From the NCBI RefSeq assembly GCF_009914755.1, contig NC_060926.1: a stretch of 64,000 nt of DNA; one strand, written 5' to 3'. The notes beneath the pieces are model-generated. The model worked only from the letters and a program-made list of their open reading frames with translations, did not search any database and was not told the DNA's origin. Shown one piece after another: positions 37,321-58,048 of this stretch. The position numbers and the translations under genes were made by a program. The stretch's first letter is position 1. Each line of letters starts with the position of its first letter. The stretch comes from the human T2T-CHM13v2.0 reference genome, Homo sapiens.

Positions 37321-38715
37321 GGCATACATCACAGAAGGAAGCCATGGAAGTAAGCCTTGATATAACAGCACTCAGCATTCTCCAACAGCCAGAAAAACTT
37401 CAGTGGGAGATTGTTGCAAATGTGCTTGAAGATACTGTTAAGGATCTTGAAGAACTTGGGGCAAATCCTTGTTTAACAAACTCTAAGAGTGAAAAGACAA
37501 AGGAAAAGCACCAGGAGCAACACAACATTCCTTTTCCATGTTTATTAGCTGGAGGTTTATTAACATATAAATCTCCTGCTACCTCACCCATTAGTAGTAA
37601 TTCTCACAGGTCACTGGATGGTTTAAGCAGAACTCAGGGTGAAAGTATATCAGAACAAGGGTCAACTGACAATGAATCCTGCACTAATTCAGAACTAAAT
37701 TCTCCTCTGGTAAGGAGGACTTTACCGGTTTTGCTTCTTTATAGCATCAAGGAATCTGATGAGAAAGCAGGAAAGATCTTTTCACAGATGAACAATATTA
37801 TGAGTAAAAGTTTGCATGATGATGGTTTTACTGTTCCACAGATTATTGAAATGGAGCTGGATAGTCAGGAGCAGTTGTTATTGCAGGATCCTCCTGTGAC
37901 TTACATTCAGCAATTTGCAGATGCAGCAGCCAACCTTACCTCTCCGGATTCTGAGAAGTGGAACTCTGTGTTTCCCAAGCCTGGGACTTTGGTTCAGTGC
38001 TTGAGGCTGCCAAAGTTTGCAGAGGAGGAGAATCTTTGTATAGACTCAATAACTCCTTGTGCTGACGGAATTCATTTGTTGGTAGGACTGCGGACATGCC
38101 CTGTTGAATCCTTGAGTGCAATAAATCAAGTAGAGGCCTTGAATAATTTAAATAAATTAAACTCTGCACTATGTAATAGACGGAAAGGTGAGCTGGAATC
38201 AAATCTTGCTGTAGTGAATGGTGCAAATATTAGTGTAATCCAACATGAATCACCAGCAGATGTACAGACTCCTTTAATAATTCAGCCTGAGCAGAGGAAT
38301 GTTAGTGGTGGATATTTAGTGCTTTATAAAATGAATTATGCCACTCGGATAGTGACTTTAGAAGAGGAGCCAATAAAAATACAACATATCAAAGATCCCC
38401 AGGACACAATTACCTCGCTCATTTTGCTTCCACCCGATATATTGGATAATCGAGAGGATGACTGTGAGGAACCTATTGAGGACATGCAGTTAACCTCAAA
38501 GAATGGTTTTGAGAGAGAAAAAACGTCTGACATTTCTACTCTTGGACACCTGGTAATAACCACTCAGGGAGGATATGTAAAAATACTAGATCTTTCAAAC
38601 TTTGAAATTTTGGCCAAAGTGGAGCCTCCCAAAAAGGAGGGCACTGAGGAACAGGACACATTTGTTTCTGTGATTTACTGTTCTGGCACAGACAGGCTGT
38701 GTGCATGCACCAAAG
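37321..38715 (+). CDS. BIRC6: BIRC6 exon 10 (1,395 nt, phase 1 to 1)
   Basis: ctttttaaag|GG CAT ... ACC AAA G|gtaagt; core of the 501-aa ORF 37305..38810; WD40-like segments near the end (LVITTQGGYVKILDL, LCACTKG). Confidence 0.97.
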
Positions 38716-38984
38716 GTAAGTTGTCTGATTATGCTATAAATCTTATAAAATCCATGTATATATGGCATTTGTTTATGTGCAAACCTAGTATGAATTTTAG
38801 GTTCAAATAGATGGGGAGGAATTAATTTTTTTGTAATGAAGTGGTAAATCCTTCTTTTTAAACTGTTCTTAAAACTTTTTTCTACTGCCCTAGGTAAGGA
38901 TTCTAACTGTAAATAAGTTAGTAAGTCACTTAGCAAGTATCTTCTGCTTTAACCTCAAGAAAATCACGTGCTTTTATTTCAGTG

Positions 38985-39150
38985 AGTCCCTGACTCTGCA
39001 TCTGCTCAAATTTATGACCTTGGGCAAGTTATGTTAAATTCATTAAACCTGTTTTTATTTATTTATAAACTAGGATAAGAAAGTCCATTTCCTAGGCTTA
39101 TTAGAATGAAATTATGTAAAGTTTCTGGCACAGTTATTGGTCCTTATTTC
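38985..39150 (+). mobile_element. MIR fragment
   Basis: tgaccttgggcaagtta...cctgtttttatttatttataaa MIR core. Confidence 0.6.
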
Positions 39151-39294
39151 CTTCTGAAATAAAAATACTTAGCAAACAATTTTTAGTTTTGCTAAATACA
39201 TTTTTTTGTCTGATTTATTCCTGATCTTTGGCTAGTAGTGAATTAGTTTTGCAAATTTTGAAGCACTATATAGATTAAGATAGTGTGCAGTTAT

Positions 39295-39398
39295 TTTTTC
39301 TTTTTTTCTCCTTTCTTTTCCTTTTCCTTTCCCCTTTCCCCCTTTCTTTCCCCCCTCCCCTTTCTTTCCCCGTCCTCTCCCCTCCTTTCTTTTCCTTT
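39295..39398. repeat. Pyrimidine-rich low-complexity tract (expanded Alu tail)
   Basis: About 100 nt almost purely C/T, with multiple C4-C6 runs. Confidence 0.9.
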
Positions 39399-40629
<1,231 letters not shown>

Positions 40630-40829
40630 TGAAATTTCTGTAATTTCTAGTGAAAGTATAATGGAAAAAAATCTTTAAATATCATAAAAATCCAACTAGA
40701 TTAATTTAGAAAATGAGCAGTGTAGTCTAGTAACTTTAGACTAATGAAACTTGGAATTACAGTTGAGAATTTCAGAACAACCATTAAAATTCTGTGTGGT
40801 ATCAGAGATAATTTGAATTTATTGGTCAT

Positions 40830-41040
40830 ATATGTGCCAGTTCATTGTTGTAAGAACTTTACCTGTGTTCGTTTAGTCATCACACCAACTTTAATATACT
40901 ATTATTGTCTCCGTTTTGTAGATAATGATACTGAAGGAAAGAAAGGTTAAGTAACTTATTAAGTAATAGAGCTAATAAATGTCAGAGCCAGCATTCAAAC
41001 CTGGGAGTCTTTCATCAGAGCACTTTAAATGGCATTATAC
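40830..41040 (-). mobile_element. MIR fragment
   Basis: attgtctccgttttgtagataatgatactga...aaggttaagtaactt...gtcagagccagcattcaaacctggg. Confidence 0.65.
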
Positions 41041-41333
41041 TGCCATAATACAACAAAAGATGAAGAATCTTACACTGAATTCTTTGCATTCTTTTAATCT
41101 GAAAGATTTAAAAATTGACAATTATTTAACTTGCTGTAGGTCATCTAAAATGGAGCTGGACTTGGAACCTAGGTGACATGGCACCCCGGTGCACATCTTT
41201 ATAAGAAACTACTATTTTCCAGAAATGCAATAAGGGTTTTTAATGCTTTCAATTATTTGATGAGCTATGCTTTAGGTAACTCAGAAGAGAAATAGTATTT
41301 ACACCTTAAATATTTAAGTTATTAAGTTTTTTA

Positions 41334-41522
<189 letters not shown>

Positions 41523-43027
41523 GTATTTAAAATAGATGGTGGTTTTCTTGGAGTTGGTACAGTCCGGAATTCCTAGAACATGATCTCATGTGATAGGGAA
41601 TTTATCCAGATGATGAAAGATAAGAAAAACCTGAGAAGTTAGTTGCTTTCAAAATGAGCTCCTAATTCTTCAGGGATTGACTGATGAAGGTGCATTTGAA
41701 AAGATAATAACAAAGCGGAAAGAAAAGTTGATGCCTTAAAATGTATGTACATGTATGATTTTTAAAAAGCATCTCAGACTGAATCAAATGGATGTGACCC
41801 TGTCTTCTGAGTATATTCAAATAACATAAAACTATTTTTCTTGTGGAGAATCAAGTCTTTTCATAAAAATAAATCTATAGTTAATATATGTTTTAAGTTA
41901 ATTTTATATAGGATTAATAATATACTAAATGTAGATTTGTTAAGCTATCTTTGATAATTCAGGAATAGAATATATACACACTACATATAAAATTTTGTAA
42001 AAGGCATAAAATAAAAAAGTATGAATTTCAAAAATTGAGAGTTTAAAGTGAAAGATAAATTGGTATTCTGCTTGGTGCAAATACATTTAAAATCAACAGG
42101 AAAGACTTAAATGAGAAAGAAGACTAAGATGTATCAGTGGAGTATAAGATAGGGTGCAGTTATGATACTTGACAAAAAATGCTTAAAAAATAAAGTTTTT
42201 TAAAAGGCCGCAATTAATAGGGAACATATCATGAAATATAACAATACTGAATATAAATATGACCCCAACAACATAAAGCCTATATACCTGTACTGATATT
42301 CAGAAGGAGGATAATAAGTTGAGCCATAATTGCTTTGAAAGTCTTTAATAATCTCACTATCTGGGATTATTGGACTGTATGGTCACATCCTTGTTTTGGT
42401 ACTTGTTTCTTGTGGAAAACATTCCTTTAGTCTTCTGTTCCTGCTTTGCTAAGAGTTTCCAATAGGAATGAACGTCATATTTTGTCAAATACTTGTTTAC
42501 ATCCATGGAGATCATTTGGTTGTTCTTTTTAGTTCAGTATGGTAAAATATATTGATTGACTTTTGGATATCAAATCAACTTTGCGTTCCTGGGATAAAAC
42601 CCATTTGGTCATAATGCATTACCTTATATATTGTTGGATACAGTTTGCTAAAATTTTGTTCATAGTTTTTGCATATCGTTCATCAGGGATATTATATGTT
42701 CCTTGTAATCTTTCTTTTTTAGTTTTTGCTTTTTGTAATCTTTATCTGGTTTTGATATCAGTGTAATGCTTGCCTGATAGAATGAGTTGGGAAGTATTCG
42801 CTCTTCAATTTTGTGGTAAAGTTTGTGTATAATTGGTCTTATTTTTCCTTATATATTTGGTAGAATTCGCCAGTGAAGCTCTTTGGGCCCAGAGATTTTT
42901 TTTAGTGGGAAGATTTTGAATATACACATTCAATTATGTTTATAGAGACTTCCTAAGGTTTTTTATTTTTTATTTTTTAGTGAGTTCTGACAGTCTTTTT
43001 GTCAGTTTTTAAGTTATGAAGTTTTAG

Positions 43028-47363
<4,336 letters not shown>

Positions 47364-48872
47364 TATGTTTAACCTTTTGAGAATCACCAAGTTATTTTCC
47401 ACAGAGTCTGCACCATTTTGCATTTCCACAAGCAGTTTGGAAGGGTCCCAGTTTTTCTACATCCTGGCCAACATTTGTTATTTTTGGTCTTTTTGACAAC
47501 TAGTGGTTGTGAAGTGGTATCTGTTGTGGTTTTGGTTTGCACTTTCCTAATGATTAGTGATGTTGAGCATTTCTTCATGTGTTTATTGGTGATTTGTATT
47601 TCTATAATAGACGTAGAAATATCTATTCATGTCCTTGTCCACTTTTGAATTTTTTTTTTTTTTGATTGAGTTGTAGGAACATTTTTAGAAATTCAGGATT
47701 CATATCTTAATAGATATGATTTGCAAATACTTACTTTCTCATATTCTGTGGGTTGTCTTTTTACTTTCTTGGTAGTGTCCTTTGATGCACAAAACATTGG
47801 CATTTTGAAAAAGTCCAGTTTATCTTTTTGTTGATAATCTTACATTCATACATCATTTTCCTGTTTTTCTTTAGTTTTTGTCCATTGTTCCCTTTAGCTA
47901 ATTGGCTATATAAAGAGAATTCATTTAACGTTTTTGACTAATAATTCCAATATCTGGGCTTTCTCAGGTATGCTTTCTGGTAATTCTTTTTTTTTTTTTT
48001 TCTCCTGTAAATGGGCCATACTTTGCTGTTTCTTTGAGTGCTTTGTAATTTTTTGTTGTAGTCAGAACTTTCTGAGTATTGTAATGTGGTACCTCTAGAA
48101 ATCTTATTCTCTCACTCTGGGAGATTTTGCTTGTTTCCAGCTGCAGCCATCCATTTGTGACATTTTCAAACTATTTGTACAAAGGCTAGAGAACCCTCTC
48201 CCCACTCTTATCCTTCCAAAAAAGAGTTCTATCTCTTTAAATCTTCCTGTAGATCCTGTTTCGGCTTTGTCCCCTTAAATCTTCTGGTGGCTGCTGCTTG
48301 GAGTAGCAGCTGCAGTCTCAGAAGGGTGAAACCCAGGCAAGAGTCTATTCTGGTCCCTTAGGGAACTGCTAGACCAACCAAAATGCACAACCCTATATAT
48401 TGGGAAGAGAAGGTCCCTCCTGTCCGCCCTGGCACCAGCCAGCTGCTTCCAGCACATGTGCCACTTTCCCCCACAGCTGTGTCAGGGCTGAGTATGGAGG
48501 GGTAGCTGGTTCATTTAGGCCACCCTCTTACCAGAAATCAGTCTCCTCTGTTTATTGTAGATATCCTGTTAGGTCCCATAGTTCTGAAATAGTTGATTCC
48601 AATCATACTTTCTAGTTGAGTGGTTGCTTTGGTGGAGGGACTGATCCCTAGAGCTTCCTACTCTGCCATTTGGCATGAAATCACTGGTCCCCGTGTTGAT
48701 TCTGGTTTCTTTTTCTGATACTACTTTTTTTTGAGTTATATTTTGGTGGTTTAATTAATAATACAATCTACTTCAGAATAATACTTTATTCTAGTAAAAT
48801 ATGTAGGAACTTTGCTCTTGTCTCTCCCCACCCCATACATTACATTTAAGTATGTTATAAACCCAACAGAAT

Positions 48873-49186
48873 GGCCGGGTGTGGTGGCTTACGCCTGTAA
48901 TCCCAGCACTTTGGGAGGTCAAGGCGGGCAGATCACCTAAGGTCAGGAGTTCAAGACCAGCCTGGCCAACATGGCAAAACCCTGTCTCTACTAAAAATAC
49001 AAAAATTAGCCGGGTGTGGTGGTGGGCACCTGTAATCCCAACTACTCAGGAGGCTGAGGCAGGGAGAATCACTTGAACCCAGGAGGCGGAGGTTGCAGTG
49101 AGCTGAGATCACACCATTGTACTCCAGCCTGGGCAACAGAGCGAGACTCCGTCTCAAAACAAAAAACAAACAAAACCCAACAAAAC
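48873..49186 (+). mobile_element. AluSx-like
   Basis: Full Alu; flanks AAACCCAACA(G/A)AA. Confidence 0.93.
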
Positions 49187-49806
49187 ATGTTACAATTATT
49201 TTATACAACCATTATCTTTTTAAAAAGTTGGCAAAGAAATGAGAAAAACATTTATTTATTATATTCACCTACTTACCATTTCTGTTCTTTATTTTTTCAG
49301 TGAATTTGATGTTGCTTTCCTTCCTCTTAAAGGGGCTTTCTTTGGGGCTTTCTTTGTTACTTATCATAAGGCAGGTTGCTAGCATAAAGTTCTCTCAGTC
49401 TTTGTTTTTCTGGAAATGTGTTCATCTCACATTCATTTTTGAGGATTAATGCTACATAGAGAATCTGTTGACAGTTTCTTTCTGTACTTTAAATGTCATT
49501 CCATTGCCTCTGGTCTCCATTGTTTCTCATAGTGATCTGTTAATTTGTGCTGTTGTTTTCATGTCTGATGAATAATTTTTATCTTGCTGTCTTCATGATG
49601 TTCCCTTTGCCTTTGACTCTCAAGAGCTTATATATATATGTGTTATTTCTTTGTGTTTATCCTATTTGAGGGTCATTGAACTTGAGTGAATTTGTGGTTT
49701 TCTATCGGATTTGGTAAGTTTTTGCCCATTATTTTTTCAGGTGGAATTCTCTTCTTCATGGAATTCCCATTACATGTATGTTCTTAATATTTTATCTGTC
49801 CTGTAG

Positions 49807-50137
<331 letters not shown>

Positions 50138-50292
50138 TTTAATTTTTTTAAAAATATTTTTGTTTGTTGAGTCGTTTATACCATTATTTCCTGTAATCTC
50201 TATACCCCTGGTTTCCTCTTATTCTATAAAAATATTTACAATAGATCCTTGAATTCTTTGCTAAATCTGAAGTCCGAGAAGACATTTTCAGG

Positions 50293-50310
50293 TGTGTGTG
50301 TGTGTGTGTG
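50293..50310. repeat. (TG)9 microsatellite
   Basis: tgtgtgtgtgtgtgtgtg. Confidence 0.9.
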
Positions 50311-51344
50311 TTTTACATCTTGAATGTGGGTCCCTCTTTCTTTGCATGTCTTGTAATGTTTTATTTATTTACTGGACATTTAAAACAACACTATAGCAAT
50401 CTGGATTCATATCTCCCTACCTTTTGCCAGGTGGTTGTTGCTTTGTTTGTTTTGTGAAAACAAACAAACTGTTGAATCTGTGAAATCTGAATCTGTAAAA
50501 TCTCTTCTGTATTGTGCAGCTGCTGATTTCTGTCATTTATTCTGCCTAGTTTTAATTTTTAAGACTTGTTTCTTATTTTGTTTCTTTTGGGGCAGCAGAG
50601 CTTAGTATTCAGCCAAAGATTGATAGGTTTGGTGTCCAAATACCTTTAGCCAGTAAGGCTGTGCTCAAGTGTGCCCTGGCTTTTATTTTCTGTTGTGCTT
50701 TCTCAGGTCTCTTTTGCATAGGCATAGAGGCTTAGTTGACTGAGGATGTAATAATGGCTTCGGCTCCCTCTGGTCTTTGCTGGACACGTGCACAGCCTCT
50801 GATCAAGGTGGGATTTGTGGAGAGTTTACCAGGCCCCCTGTGCTTCTCTCACTACATGTAATTCTGTGTTAAATCCCTGGTGTTTCCAGTGCTTTGCTTG
50901 CCCCACACAGAATTGTGACCTCAAGTAGCAGATCTCCTTGTTTGTTTCCCATTGAAATCACCTGTTTAAACTGGACGCTCTCCATCAATCAAGTCCCATC
51001 TGGAGATAGCAGTGAATGTGCTGGTTTTCACTGCTTACCTCACCCTCGTTAAATTACAGTTTTGTCTAGCTTTATAGTTGCCTTTCAGGAAGGGGATTTA
51101 TCATCTTCCTTCTTCTGCTGTGCTGGAAGTGAATCTCCAAATTAGAATGTTAGAATATACTATTACCCATTAATTTTTTTGTCTTAATTAAAGCTAAATT
51201 TGCTGTCAGTTTTTTTCCTGTGACAGAGATTTTAAACTAGAAATTTGAGTTGCCTTCATTTCATTGTGAATGCTTTAAAAAATAAGAGTATTTGTTAAGT
51301 TTTGTTATTGTTGAGATTAAGAGATCTGGCTGTGGATTCCAGTA

Positions 51345-51475
51345 TAGCTAGTGCCTCATCTGTAAAATGGCCACAGTAATAGTTCTACCACAAGGGTTTT
51401 TGGTAAAAAGTAAATGAATTAATTAAAGCACTTAAAATACTGTCTCATAAAAGTAAATACTAGATAAATACCTGT
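51345..51475 (+). mobile_element. MIR fragment
   Basis: cctcatctgtaaaatgg...taatagttctacc...taaatgaattaattaaagcacttaaaa. Confidence 0.65.
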
Positions 51476-51697
51476 TTTCATGTATGTTTATGTATTTATC
51501 ATTTTCTTCATAAAAATTTGGTTTCAATTTGTAATTCCTTGGCAATTAAATTTCTAAACTCTTGGAAATACATCACATTGGTAGCTTTCCTTATCTGCCT
51601 ATGAAGTGACATTCAGTTGTTTCCTAAGTAGTATTACATTTGAATATTTGAATGTTTACCTATTTTTCATGTATCTATGAAATTTACTACACTGTAG

Positions 51698-51847
51698 GTG
51701 GTGAGCTTCATTTTCTCCAAATTGGAGGAACCTGTGATGATATTGATGAAGCTGATATACTAGTGGATGGATCTCTTTCTAAAGGAATAGAACCATCTTC
51801 AGAAGGTTCCAAACCTTTATCAAATCCTTCAAGTCCTGGCATTTCAG
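51698..51847 (+). CDS. BIRC6: BIRC6 exon 11 (150 nt, phase 1 to 1)
   Basis: actgtag|GT GGT GAG ... TCA G|gtatga; encodes GGELHFLQIGGTCDDIDEADILVDGSLSKGIEPSSEGSKPLSNPSSPGIS. Confidence 0.94.
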
Positions 51848-53415
51848 GTATGATATTAAATTTTTAAATGATTTTAAAAAAAGAATAGGTAGTATTTATC
51901 ATTTTTCTAGTTGTTGGAAGATGTAAACATATTAAAGTAAGAAGTGATTCTCAACCTGTATGGTATGTTACTCAATATTTGTGAAGTCATCTAAGAGGTT
52001 AAAACAAACATTTCAGCCATTAATGAGCTTTTAGTCTAATTAGAGGAGGGAAAAATCATATAAAAGAGAATTCATTAAGTAAGAATAAAATTAGTAGACT
52101 GGCTCATATTATTAATATTACTACTGGAATTGAAAAGGTGAAAAAAAATACTGTCACTGAGGATATATTTAGGTGGTATATTCACACATACGTTGCCCCA
52201 TCCTGAATCTCTCGATAGGTTTGTTTATATTTGTTTGTTGTTTTTGCCTTTTTTCTCCCATCCTTGACCCACATTGCCCTCCAGAGCTAATTTTTCAAAA
52301 GAAGTTTTGCTAGCATGCTACTCCCTGCCAAAAAATCATTATTTGCCTTGTAGACTTTTATGAAATCATAGTAGCCTGCTTCTCAATCTCCAGTTACTTG
52401 AGTTAACCAAGGTGTCTTGGTTAAGTATACAACTTGGTATAAAAAGCTAAAATACTGAATATTCTCATATTTTATAGGTTATTGGTTGAATGGAGAAGAT
52501 TTTTTATAAAGTACAGAAAAATGCTTTTTAGTAGAGGAAAGATGAATTTTGTAATGAAGAAATAAATAATGGAAAGAAAGAAGATTGACATGCTGTTAAT
52601 ATTTACAAACTAAGCAGATTTAAAAGGGTCTAGACTTTGAGAAAAAGATGTAATTTGAATTAAACTTGTAATAATTTTATAGAACTTGCTGTCATTTTTT
52701 TATTGTGAAAATACTCTAAACCTACCAGATTTTATATTTTAGTATTTTATTAATTTTTTAAAATGGGAACAATGGCTTAGCATTTTTTAATGTTATACAT
52801 TTCACTGATGTGAATACATGTATAGCATTTGTAAAGAAGCCTAATTAGTATGAAGCACGTTATTACTCTTATAATACTAGCATGTATGCAAGATTTTCTT
52901 AACTGCCACAGAAATAGAAAAAACAATTTAATTTTTCAGTTTGTAAGTATTTCTTTACCACATAGCTTTTGACTGTTTTAGTGTTTTATTCATATGTTAT
53001 GTACTTGCTTGATGTCTAGCATTTTATTTTTTAAAAAATAGGGTCTAAAAGTTAATTATTGGTCTGATGTACATTGGCTTGCACTTTAGTACCACTGCTT
53101 TTCTTGCCATCCTTATTAGGGCTAAAGTTCAGTAAGCCCTTTTCTAACAGGTTGGGTTTGGGTTTCTTCAATAGCGAGTATTGTCTCTAATTTTAAATAT
53201 TTAAGTTAGAATTTTCTTCTTTGCTATTTTTTAGCCAGAGTTAGTTATCTTAGTTATATATAGATACCTGAGCCCACTTTATTAACTTTCAGAATATTTG
53301 GCAAGTGTTGCAATAGAAAACCTACCCATGAATTAAAACTTCACTTCATTGTCTTCTTTTTTTTTTTTTTTTTTTTTCCACACCTATTTCAAATACTGCT
53401 CTCACTAATGTTAAG

Positions 53416-54082
<667 letters not shown>

Positions 54083-54259
54083 TAATATACTTAGGAATTC
54101 TGTGTTGTCTCTAACAAATATATAAGCTAATTTTTGCATGTTGATGACTTTGTTCCTTCTATTTGTCATATTGCTTTTGGAAATTGTTATATTCTTATTC
54201 TTAATTTTAGGATAAAATAATGAGAGTAATTTACTACTGCAATTAGTTTGGTCACTTAG

Positions 54260-55830
<1,571 letters not shown>

Positions 55831-56196
55831 ATATATATAAGAAATACAATAAATTGTTGTTTTGAAATGAAGATTCTGGGACCCTACTCATAGATCTAGG
55901 GTGGGTACCAGGAATTTGCACGTAATTCACATTAAATTGTTCACACTTTGAGGAATAAGAATGTATTGGTATATGCAAGTCTCAAGGCAGGTGTAGATTT
56001 CTAAAGTAAGATTATTCATTGCCCTTTGTTTAACCTTCTCCATTGGGAGCTATTTTCTCTCTTGATCCCATTGAGAAACACTAGATTTTGTTGGAAGCTG
56101 CAAAGCAAAAAGTAGGAAAGGTGACCTTAATGATAATATGGTTGTGGCTGAAGAAAGATTTTTGCTTTATTTAGCATTTTTCCCCTTATTTGACAG

Positions 56197-56357
56197 CAAC
56201 AGCTGGGATGAACATGTATTTGAATTAGTACTACCTAAAGCTTGTATGGTTGGACATGTGGACTTCAAATTCGTTTTGAACTCAAACATCACCAATATTC
56301 CACAGATACAAGTGACACTGCTGAAAAATAAAGCTCCAGGATTAGGGAAAGTCAATG
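56197..56357 (+). CDS. BIRC6: BIRC6 exon 13 (161 nt, phase 2 to 1)
   Basis: tttgacag|C AAC AGC TGG ... AAT G|gtaaga; encodes NSWDEHVFELVLPKACMVGHVDFKFVLNSNITNIPQIQVTLLKNKAPGLGKVN. Confidence 0.94.
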
Positions 56358-56969
56358 GTAAGAATGTATCAAAATTTATCTTTGAAGATTTTATTTTGTG
56401 GTTGATTTCTGAAAACTAATTTTCACCTTGGCTAAGTTTCGTGTCCCTTTCTGTCCCTTGTTGCCATTTGCCTGCTTTACTTTTTGTGATTTTATTTAAA
56501 AAAGTAATTCAGAGAACATTTCAGAACTTTTCAGTAACCCAGTAATGTTCAGAATTGCATAAACTTGAATCATATAATTATACTTTTTTGGAAGTGAGAT
56601 TAGTTCCTTTGTAAATTAGTTTGACTTTTAGCATTACTAGCTTTATGTATTTCTTTTCCTAGGAGAAGACTTAATTGTGAATAGAACTGTTATGGAAGTT
56701 ACTTTTAAGGTTATTAGTGAAGCCAGCCTTTCATGTAATGCTAAAAATACACTCATTTTTATCTTTCTTACAAGTTCAGAATTTGTTGCATTGAGTTATT
56801 AAAGTAGATTATACACATTTAGCATGGTTAGAAACTAGATGTTACTACTGAGTGTTTTCTCCTTAATAAGTTAGTTTAAGAGGCTGGGGATAATTTCACG
56901 GTAAAATGGCAACTTAACTCCAGTTTCAAACATTGAAACTTGAAAATTTTCCTTTTTGAAAAATTACAT

Positions 56970-57620
56970 ATACGCCTGGCACTCTCTATCTGTGGGTTTC
57001 ACATCCCAGGAGTCAACCAACCTCAGAAACAACCAATCGTGGATTGAAAATACTTTGGGGGGGAAAAAATAAAAAAAATTACGACAGTAAGAAAATATAC
57101 AAATAAAAAATAGTATTAGACCACATGTGGTGGCTCATGCCTATAATCCCAGCATTTTGAGAGGCCAAGGCAGGAGGATCACTTTAGCCCAGGAATTTGA
57201 GACCAGCCTGGGAAGTATAGCAAGCACATGTCTACAAAATTTTTTTAAAAAAATTAGCTGGGTGTAGTGGTGCACACCTGTGGTGCTACTCAGGTGGCAG
57301 TACTCATGAGGCTGAGGCAGGAGGATCACTTGAGCCCAGGATTTGGAGGTTACAGTGAGCTATGACTGCACCACTGCACTCCAGCCTAGGTGACAGAGTG
57401 AGACTCTGTCTGAAATAAATAAATAGTATTTGCATGGCATTCACATTGTATTAGGTTTTATTAGTAAACTAAAGATGATTAAAAGTATACGGGAGGATAT
57501 GAATAAGGTTATATACAAATATTATGCCATTTTATATAAGGGACTGGAACATCTGTGGATTTTGACATCTGTGGGGGTCCTGGAACTAATCCCCCACAGA
57601 TACTGAGGGATGGATGACTA
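56970..57620. mobile_element. Tigger3/MER2-group MITE interrupted by a sense AluJ (57119-57424)
   Basis: tatctgtgggtttcacatcc...ccattttatataagggact...gggggtcctggaactaatcccccacagatactgaggga; Alu TSD AAATAGTATT. Confidence 0.78.
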
Positions 57621-58048
57621 TATGTGTGTCTGTATATTTATGTGAGTCTGTGTGTATATGGATATGTTCATATGTGTGCAGTCTTTTGACAGATTTTGAA
57701 TTAATTGGGTGGAGGACTCAGGATTTGGTAGTTTCAAAGCTCTGCAAGTGCTTGTACCAGGCAGCCTAGGGTAAGAACTTTTAGTTTAGTTGCCAGCAGA
57801 TTGTTTCTTTAGGCAAATATTTTATTACCGTTAAAAGAGAGAAGAATGTATAAAACAATTGAATCAAAATTTTCCTCCAATCATTTTATAGCATCTGTGA
57901 TGAAAATCACAGAAGTTCCCAAGTTAACAGGAAATTTTAGATTTTTCAGGCACATAAATCATTGATATTAAAGAAAATTAAGTTTACTAATATTTTTATC
58001 CTCTAGAAACAGCAGTAGATAGGCAGATCACCTTTCCTTTGTCTCCAG

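Noticed and set aside
37305-38810. 501-aa ORF as a stand-alone intronless gene or retrocopy
   Set aside because: It is bounded by splice sites in phase with exons 9 and 11, has no promoter, poly(A) tail or TSD, and its listed start is an intronic TTG.
52403-52424. Hairpin TTAACCAAG-GTGT-CTTGGTTAA
   Set aside because: A 9-bp AT-rich stem with no supporting context; compatible with chance.
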